Assembly: GCA_030141605.1 (NCBI GenBank)
Contig: JAQGDQ010000323.1
Coordinates: forward strand, 186,001 to 250,000
Origin: Tubiluchus corallicola
Lineage: Eukaryota > Animalia > Priapulida
Reading direction: 5' to 3'
Length of the DNA stretch: 64,000 bases
In this document: piece after piece, positions 55,701-64,000 of the stretch
Position numbering within the stretch: position 1 is the stretch's first letter
Layout: every line of letters begins with the position of its first letter
Notes under the pieces: model-generated
The model's input: only the letters and a program-made list of their open reading frames with translations
What the model was told of the DNA's origin: nothing
The model's database searches: none
Translations under genes and position numbers: made by a program

Positions 55701-58700
55701 TTTACTCTTCTACACATGGCCGTTGGGTCACTTGATCTCCTCCGCCCTCTAGCCGTTGGCTGCTTGTGCAGCTCCTCCACCTAGTGTCGAGATACAGTGT
55801 GCGCATCCCGCAAGCCAACAGCACCTGGTATTTCTAAGCGGTCACCCGTCCAAGTACTAACCAGGCTTTACGTTGCTTAACTTCGGCGATGAGACGAGAA
55901 CCGGTGTTTTCCACGTGATATGGCCGTTCATGGCATATACTAACCTAAAAATAGTCACTAAAACGTATTTATTGAGACCTAGTTTATTTTTATTTTCCTA
56001 TTGTAAACCTTTCTTTGCGGAGTGTATTACTCTAGACACTGCTGTACAAAATTTCAGTATTAGTAGTTACTTAGAGTTGGGCAGTAACTGGGCCTGAGGC
56101 CTCTTGTGAAGTATAAATAATTGCTTAAAAATTTTGCTCATATTGATGTGCACTTGCATTTTAGTTTCATTACAGTCCAGTATTACCACAGTGATTATTA
56201 AAATAGTATATTGCATAATGTTTGTAGGATAATTATGGCCCATTGACGCTTTCACATTCGATTGTAGCCAAGAATGTTTTAACATTCAAATTTGGTGCAT
56301 CAATTTAATTTTATAAGCTCGAAAATCATTCCAACTTTTGCAACAAAAATGCCTGTTACATTTGCACAAGATCAGATGACGTGCTTATGTCGGCTAATAT
56401 AAATGTCCGATATGAGTTAGCCTTAGCAACCAGTAGTTTGTGGCCTTTTCATGAACGCCAAATGCCATCAAGCCTAGCTTACGATATATGACTAACAAAG
56501 TAAGTAAGTTAAATTAGTCACATAAACTGGTTGCCGCGGTAATTGGCATTGACAGCAAAGTTAGATTTAAAAAATACTTAGCGAAAACTTTAGCTATGAT
56601 CACTTCATGAACTGGCAACATCCTAATATGCAGGAGGAGCATCAGTTGCTATGGTGAAGATTGTTTACCTTAACAACTGCACATACACAGCAGCACTAAA
56701 TATCATTAAATACATATGCCTGTCCTGCTATTATATTATTAATATTTTCTAGCAGAAAACTCTCTGAAACTTGCATTTAGCACAAAAAGTCATTATTTAT
56801 AGGTATTGCATCTGAAGTGAGTGTATAAATACGCTTAACTAGCAATTTCAACTGATGACAAGGTTGTTATAAGTTTCTGAGAGTCACAGTCACACCTGCA
56901 TGATACCATACAAGAGATACCCACAAGTCTGCAACTGCATTTACTTTTGTAGCCTTCTTTTATAGTTGCAAATCACAAATTCTGTTATACTCTCCGGAGT
57001 GGAGGTATTGTTATTCATTAACTGAGGTGTTACTGCCCCAGGCCGGATTCAGGGTAAGGATACCCTTTTCGGGGTAAGGGTATTCAAATACTTTCTATGG
57101 GGTCGTCCAAGTAATGGACTTTTGTGCCAGTAAGAAACTACTCTTTATCAAGGTGAGTCATCTAGAAATATAACCTAGAGATGTCTAAAAATAGAAACTT
57201 GCAACCAGAATTTGCTCTTCGAGATGATACTGATAACTGGATAAGGGATTATTGGATTGATTAGTAAATACACACAGAATCACGAAAATTGCACCACATT
57301 TCGTTGACAAATATTGGTCCTATTTGTTTTTTAGTACCCTGTCTAAATTTCAGGAGCCTTCGAACATTCTGGCTATATTTGAAAAGAGTTGGGATTAACA
57401 CACAATCGTTGTGGGAAACAATGCAAGACCAAGTCATAAAACAAATCATCAGGTGGGTTTATAATATGTGACACCTTTGCTATCCCAAACGCACGATAAG
57501 TTCTTAATTTGCGCAATCGAACAAAGTTATCTTGCTGATGCCATTCGGTTACATTTTATGCCAAACATATTTTACTTTATCGAGAAACTGAGTCATAAAT
57601 TGTTTGCAGTTTGCTATTGACGTTTTTTTGGTTACGTAAAATTAAGTAAATTAAAATGACACGAGTTTGCATTCATTCCAGCTAGCTGAAGGAGAATTGC
57701 TCTGCAAGGAAGGCTTGATCACAACAAAGTAACAAGCCGAAGTTCATAACTGTCTCTTTGCCTTTTGAAACTATAACGATTATTCCAACTTTTTGCAGCT
57801 TTGAAAGTGTTCTCTACAAGATGGTCAACACATGGTCCTCCAATCCACATGCTTTCTATGAACTCTATGGAGCTGATTTTATGATGGACGACAAACTGAA
57901 TCTTTGGTTGTTAGAATTCAATCATTATCCTGGGTAAGTAAAACCGACAGCTGGGAAATGCTTCACAATAGTAGGGGCACTTGCTTCAGAAGCATATCAT
58001 CCAAGCAAGAGTTAAACGTTTCAACTTTTGTTCACTTTAATTAACTGTGTGCAAAATCCCCTTAGATCTTAACAGGCACGAGAAGGTTTTTGACGGGATT
58101 AAAGCCGAGAATGAGGATCCAAAGTATATATACGTTGTATGTTTCTTTCCTAGACCTTCGATCAGTATGTCACATGAAAGCTTGCAAAGAGACAAATAAA
58201 TGGCATTTGTTGTCCAGTGGTCTTTGCAAATGCAATAATTTTAACCTCAGTACATACTAGGGATTGTACCACAGTGAGTAGGACAATTTTAAATCCTATT
58301 TTTTGGATTAGCAAGTTGGCCTTTCTACTGATTAAGATAATGACTAATTGTCGTTGTTTTCTCACATTAAATAGTTTATCTGCGACTACAGCGCTATCTA
58401 AAAGTGTTGCTGAACCGATTGCGCAAGATGTTTTTAACATTGCTGGACATCGGCTACCGAAACAGTCTTCATCTGGAATATCTCCATTCAGTTTAGCCAC
58501 CCTACGGTGAGTCTTAAATTATTTTCTAGTATTTCTAGACTTTTCATGTCACTTTTGAAATTCTGGTCATGCAAACACTATTTCGTCATTAAAGTTATTT
58601 AGCGGGGAGCTTTTAAATCTTAACTCGTTTATTTAGTGTTTCGGTTTTATTATGTTTGTGTTACGTGTTGAAGCTATCGAAGTACTTTATGAATAACAAC

Positions 58701-61700
58701 TGTTGAAATAAGATTACCAACATAGTAGCAAGTCTAAACGTGCAACAGTTTAAGACCAGTATGTGAATAGAAATCCTACTCAGAGTCAGTATTAGAACGG
58801 GTGGTAGGACAATTACCTAAAATAGCAAAATATAACAACAAATAACAACATATTCAATACAATTGCGCAATAGTATTGCGAAATAACGAAATACTGGCTT
58901 ATCTAAAATTTATGGAGAATCATATACTAAATAAAGCTCAATTTAATAATCATAGTCAATATTCAATTACATAAGCGAACGAACAGATGTTTGTCCACGT
59001 CAATTTCTCTAGCTAACACAGAAACAGGGAGAATGTGGGCGATTATTTTCATCGAAAGACACAATGCATCGTACTCCTTCAATTAGTGGTGTTAGTGGCT
59101 GATTTAACTGTTTGTAGCGTGTTGGGAAACATCTCGGGTGGAAGAATCTTAATGAACATTTCTGAGGGTTCCACCATAAGTCAAATCGTCATAACATCTC
59201 GGGGTTTGAGAGCATAGACCTAGGTTATCCTTTCGGACTACGAGCACGCTGTCAAAAACTACGCTTCTCGGGTAAAAGTGTTTATTCATGGTTACAAATA
59301 TCTTTCCTAAACCTATTTTTATAGTGTACATTTAACTCTATGTACACTAGTTTTGTATTGAAACAAACCAACTGTGTTGAAGCGTGACTTTCTTGGCTGA
59401 GGTAAAAACTAGTAAAATAATTATCAACCACTGGCCACTGTAACCCTATCCTAACACATATTTTACTAAGTGTGTCATTTTTTCCTGTGCCGTTTTTACA
59501 AACGTTTGTGTTTGTGCCATTTTACCGTGCTATTTTTTCCTGTGCCATTTTTACCTATCACTTTCTTCCGGTTCGAACTCGTCAGTTGGGCCCAGGGCTA
59601 TTAAACCCGTACTGACCCGGTTTCCAGGTTTTTTTTTATAATAATTTGTAAAGTTAAAAATAATCACTGATTTACACTCATTAACCTGAATTTCAGAAGT
59701 TATGCATAATACATATCACTACACCTAATTATAGGCCAAATATGCTTATTTGCATAGGCAGTTAGTTAAGGCATTTAGCGAACATGGTATAACCAAAAAA
59801 TAAGTAGACGAATGCATTAATGGATGATGAAGCTGACGACGACAACGATGATGATGACGACGGCGATGATGATGACGACGGCGATGATGAAAATGATGCT
59901 GAAGATGATAATGATGGTCACGATGATGATGACGACGAAATACATAACTGCGATATGTTGATGATTATGAAAGTTAAATAAATTGATTGTAATTTCCGAA
60001 GAAGCTGCATTAGCAAAACACCAATGCATAGTGGATATTTTTTGTTTGTAAAAAAAACTTGTCGGATTTTTCGTGGCTTCATTATAAATCACTAAAAGAT
60101 TTACTGACCGACCAGCCCAAACAAAAGTCAATCAATTAGAAAGAAAAGCAAGCAAGCAAGCATGTAGGCGTACAAACGAACAATTTGCTTAATATTTGCA
60201 ATTATGATTTACGTTCTTGACGTATCAAACTGGGTCATTCGGGCCAGGGCATCGGTATCAGTAGGGTCACGTCCAGTGACCCAGTTCCAACTCTGATTAT
60301 TATCAGTGTCTACACCCAAGCTTGTTCTGCCCTGACCTTTGGCAATGCACCTGACGTTCGGCTTTTGTGGTTTCTGTCTAGAGTCGATATTTGTGACTCA
60401 CTCTTGCGTCGGCATAGTTTGAGTTCCGTGATTTATGCTTCAACTCATCTTGGGCTGCTAATGGATTAATGAACAGCAGACGAAAATGCCATAGACAAAG
60501 CTTTTTTTCTGGAAAGTTACCACCCATTTACTGACCAAGCTGGTGTTGCTTAACTTTGTTGCTTGCTAGGCCCATATCGTCACCACTCAAGTATATCTGC
60601 GCATCCATTTCTGAGTCTTACTTCACGTTGTGTTAACTTTAATTCATTTTTTGTTTTAACTTTTTTTCATTTTTCTTGTCTAGGAATTCGTCTGTTTTAT
60701 CTAATGGATTTGTAGGACCTGTCTTTCAGCCGCCATCTTTGTTAGACTCTACTCTAACAGCGCGTGAAAAACGAAAGCGTTTATTTTTTACGACAAAAGT
60801 TATGTCAGAGGTAAGAGTTACACGTAATTTTTTGTTACGAAAGAGATACTAGTTATACGTAATTTTGCTACAAAAGAAGTATGTGTTATACATAAATTTG
60901 TTATAAAAGAGGTACGAGTTACATTACTATGTTATAAATTATACGAACTTCACGTACTAAAAAGACAAGAGTTTCACAAAAAGATACGAGTTACTAAGAA
61001 TTTTGTTGTAAAAATACTACGAATTTCACATAATTTTGTTACGAAAAGGTTCGAGTCACGCGTAAGTTTGTTACGAAAACCGTTACACGTAGCTTTATTA
61101 CAAGACAGATACGAGTTACACTTAATTTTGCAGAAAAAAAGAATGATAAATTCTTTTATAAAAGAGGTATGATTTACTCGTAATTTTGTTACGGAAAACA
61201 TTTCATTTTTTCAGAATGTGAGCTCAACTATTCTAGATGATCTCACACCAGCTGATGTACGTGAACTTGTAGAAGCAGAAGATGAGTATCAGAGACGTGG
61301 AGGTTTTCAGCGCATCTTTCCTAGTCTGACATCTCATAAATACTTCAAATATTTTGAGCGAACACGCTACAGTAATTTGCTTCTAGACGCCTGGACGAAA
61401 AAGTACCATCATCAGCTACAGAAAGGTAACATTCTACATCAGTTTATATGTCTGAGAACCGACGTTCTGGACCTCAGTGACATCCAATGTACTCGATTTT
61501 CTTGAGGGAGATTGTGGGCTATATTTTGCAAGTGGGTTTTACTAAGATGCAAAAATGGAACTCCTGCTTTTCCATGAGGCCAAGTGAAATTACCAGTATC
61601 AAAGTAGGCTAATTAAGACGTTGCCTTCGCTGTTGCCTATCCAGTGCGGAGAACTCGAACACCCACCAGAAGTACCGACAAAGCTGTTGCTGATTAACCG

Positions 61701-62373
61701 AAGCATGTGCTAGTTTGCGACAAAGCAAGCAAGATGTATACTTCAATTGCTTTGTTGGTTGCTCTCTTGTGAAACTAGTACATACTTTTCATCAGTAAGC
61801 CTTTTCACAGTTTCGTTGTGCACATGCTAACTTGCTGTAGGTCAAAGGTTAAGTGTGCCACAGCAACGCGTCTTAACTACAACCGTTACGTGACATGTGT
61901 GTAAACCAAAGCCGTTTGTCACATCAGTTCAGTAACTTCAGTTGTTTTACCTGGACTCTACTTAATTATGCATTAGTCTGTGCGTAGAGTGACTTAACAG
62001 CAGGATCTTGTTTGAGAACAAGAAAAAATAAACTAGGTAAGGTTCTAGCTAGCTGTTAAAACTGTTATTGTTACAATAGCTCTGGCTGCGAGGCGAGAAA
62101 TGAGTTGTCTGGTACACTTAACCTTTGAACTTTTCACGATCGTCATCAATCGCTGGAACTGTGAAGACGCCTCTTAGCAGCAGGTCTATAGACTTTTTGG
62201 GCTCAGATGATCATACATATGCAGTTACTTAGAAGAAGACAATCACACTGTTTTTTGCATTAACAGACTTTTTATAATTTCCAGGTTGGCAACTATTAGA
62301 AGAATTCTGCAGGCAAGGAATACATCTTCTGGATGAAAACTTTCACTTCAAAACAAGTTTATTAACATCATAA
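46739..62373 (+). CDS. Divergent TTLL4-like tubulin-tyrosine-ligase-family ATP-grasp enzyme. Exons 46739-46891, 47925-48032, 50653-50729, 51464-51661, 52233-52318, 53352-53480, 54884-55006, 57354-57452, 57799-57933, 58375-58506, 60684-60810, 61215-61425, 62285-62373; start exon unresolved
   Basis: [126 protein letters not shown] (TTLL4/5-type C-terminal block). 13 phase-consistent exons, no stops. Confidence 0.92.
47228..47445 (+). mobile_element. Old 5S-derived SINE-like fragment; related remnants near 17790-17985 (+), 28930-29090 (-) and 60500-60575 (-)
   Basis: AAGTTAAACCGTGCCAAGCCTAGTTAGTAAACAGATGAGGGAC resembles the 5S internal control region. The tail AGAGAATATGTCCTTGATAACAAACTAAGTTCTGGTCC..CACAAG resembles 17936-17981. 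Confidence 0.45.
47715..47835. repeat. 28-bp tandem repeat (TGCTGCAGAACACAATCRTCCTGTGCTG) x4
   Basis: Read directly. Confidence 0.9.
50800..51090 (-). mobile_element. Dimeric tRNA-derived element (two tRNA-like units ~220 bp apart, each followed by oligo-T)
   Basis: Minus strand: CGGTGTAGTGG...CGGAAAGCA...GATTCGAGTCC...TTTTTT (50880-50800) and partial ...CGGAAAGCA...GGTTCGAGTCC...TTTTT (51090-51020). Confidence 0.7.
51710..52064. mobile_element. PIF/Harbinger-type MITE with TTA target-site duplication
   Basis: TTA|AGTCTATGATACACCG ... CGCTATATCGTAGGCT|TTA; multiple internal AGCGTC/GACGCT motifs. Confidence 0.7.
55387..55927 (-). mobile_element. 5S-rRNA-headed SINE (SINE3 type) with RTE-LINE-like body and 3' tail
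   Basis: 55927-55812 is a near-complete 5S rRNA sequence (ACGGCCATATCACG...AAGTTAAGCAACG...GGTTAGTACTTGGACGGGTGACCGC...GGTGCTGTTGGCTT), followed by ~420 bp of GC-rich body ending CCATTGTCTTCCGAGACGGAAGGATGCCAACA. TSD TCATGGCGTAT (55376-55386) / TCATGGCATAT (55928-55938). Confidence 0.85.
60811..61200. repeat. Degenerate ~32-33-bp tandem repeat filling a TTLL intron
   Basis: Recurring GATACGAGTTACACGTAATTTTGTTACGAAAA-like unit, ~11-12 copies. Confidence 0.8.
61793..62172. mobile_element. MITE copy 2 (inverted relative to 16487-16867)
   Basis: Begins TAAGCCTTTTCACAGTTTCGTTGTG; the body is the reverse complement of the 16.5-kb element; right TIR degenerate (ACTGTGAAGACGCCT). Confidence 0.85.
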
Positions 62374-62700
62374 ATGGTGTCAGCAGACAACAAAAATTTG
62401 CTCACAGTAGTAATTGAAACTATAACGTTACTTTAAGACAGATAATCGTATATAAAATTTATTTCTTATATATGCATAGTTTCTTATAATTGAAATTCTG
62501 AAACGCAAACGCTTATAGTTTCATAGACTCAGTCGTGATCTACTCCGTGTCTAAATCAGATTAAACCATATAGAATGTATTTACACAGCTATGTAATGTA
62601 CATTTGTATATGCTAAATTGCCAATAGTCGAGAATTACAACTTACACAACGTTACAATAGTAATGCTATCTAGCAAAGATTTCCAGACTAAGCTTCAAAT

Positions 62701-62921
62701 GCGTTGAAAGGTTTAAAGTCGCAAAACTTTAGTATCTGTAGCAAAGTTTGCCAATGTTATTGACCTTTAGAACTACTTACGTCATGTTTGTTTTGATTAT
62801 AAGATTTCCAGACTAAGTTTGCAATCCAAACAAACATGACGTGTTTCTGCAGAATAACACTAGTAAACCTTGTTATTACTAGATACTAAAGTTTTATGCG
62901 TCCCAACTCTAACATCAACGC
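62701..62921. repeat. Imperfect ~220-bp palindrome (long hairpin) between convergent 3' ends
   Basis: Nested arms GCGTTGA/TCAACGC, AAAACTTTAGTATCT/AGATACTAAAGTTTT and ACGTCATGTTTGTTT/AAACAAACATGACGT. Confidence 0.8.
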
Positions 62922-63337
62922 ACCTCTAATGTTAACAGCTTCTTTCTCTGAATGATAAGATGTTCAAATTTCAAGATTTCTCCAGATTTGCAGCAGAAAG
63001 TAAAGTTAATTTTATGAAAGCATTTGTATTACTGTTAAGTAAAGTTTGCAATAGCACAGGCTTATTAACTATTCAGCCACAACAGACAGAAAAAGCACGT
63101 GGTCAGAGATAAATTTATTTGGGTAACTGCTACATGATGCTTAACTGAAATATCAGCATTTAATCTTTTCATTGCATGGTTTATGTTGAAATACGTTGAA
63201 CGGTTCAATTGGCGCATATTCACTTTATACATTCGTTTTTAATTCCCAATAATGCGAACTATCCCCCTGCAAATGTCAGGTTCATTTAATAAATAACAAT
63301 AGGTATTGATTTCACCCAAAAGTACAGTTACGTAAAT

Positions 63338-63854
63338 TTAGTTAATAGAGTATAAGAATACAAGTGCAAGTGCACACAGGGAGTAGGGTGTTTGTGTTTT
63401 AAATGCACTTCCCTTTTCTACACATGGTGACTTGTACTTGTCTGGCAAACCATCTCCATCATTGCAGAGGTCTGTATTGCATTTTGTTCTGCAAGTGCAT
63501 CGTAGTCCACCTTGCTCGAAGCTGCATTCTCCATAGCTCGGATCTGGCACTGCGCATAGTCTGCCAAATGAGTTACTTTCATACTCCCCACTGTCTCCTA
63601 ACGAAATAATGATAATATTTTCCATTAATTATTAATGATAATAATTAACAACAAATACAAATAATTGTTATTCATTGCTACAGACGACTTACCTTGTTCA
63701 TGAACGTGTGTTACTAAACACCATTTTTCGTTTTCTCCAGCGTTTACACTACAGTTTGTAATAGGTGACCCACTGGTGAAATTTGCTGGATCGTCGAGAC
63801 ATTCTCTGCTATGACCAACTGACCAATTGCACGTATAGCAATCCAGGGCAACAG
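63338..63854 (-). CDS. Ly6/uPAR (quiver/sleepless-like) three-finger GPI-anchored protein; exons 63854-63693 and 63597-63338; signal-peptide exon probably beyond the window
   Basis: ALDCYTC...ECLD..NC..WC..RLC..EC..CTC..KCNTDLCN followed by a hydrophobic C-terminus (YSLCALALVFLYSIN*); phase-1 introns. Confidence 0.88.
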
Positions 63855-64000
63855 CTAAAATAAAAGTTCAAGAGGAAGAAAAGGGAATTTTAAAGTATAT
63901 CCCAAAATTCGTAACTGAAAAAGAAAATTCTTATTAATTTAAAAAGTTGTGTGTTAAACTGGTAAAACACAGAAACATTGCTGTGTTCATCGTTATATTG

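Noticed and set aside
55812-55927. Functional 5S rRNA gene
   Set aside because: First nucleotides missing, no oligo-T terminator, and it reads into a SINE body flanked by a TSD.

Overview
AT-rich, intron-containing invertebrate animal DNA with no prokaryotic-type features. Gene models were built by hand from GT-AG boundaries with frame-consistent exon phases. In order: (1) an apparently complete Hermes/hobo/Ac-type hAT transposon (1534-5249; 8-bp TSD; intact 641-aa transposase); (2) a 5-exon, 125-aa single-pass membrane protein missing from the ORF track (+, 8431-10463); (3) an orphan terminal exon resembling METTL27/WBSCR27 (-, 17367-17560); (4) a 9-exon divergent ionotropic glutamate receptor/IR-like gene (-, 20355-27085) with unusual pore, gate and ligand pocket; (5) a frameshifted EXO5-like pseudogene (+, ~29.1-30.3 kb); (6) a 4-Ig-domain type I membrane protein (+, 31921-~40 kb); (7) an inverted, intact copy of the last two exons of a TTLL4-like gene (-, 42524-43277); (8) a 13-exon TTLL4-like ATP-grasp ligase (+, 46739-62373) that keeps its catalytic residues but appears to have lost the glutamate-donor and initiase determinants; (9) the 3' part of a Ly6/quiver-like GPI-anchored three-finger protein (-, 63338-63854). 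Also present: a 5S-rRNA-headed SINE with an RTE-like body and TSD, tRNA-like units, several MITEs, minisatellites and microsatellites. Family assignments and reference residue numbers come from recalled motifs, not database searches.
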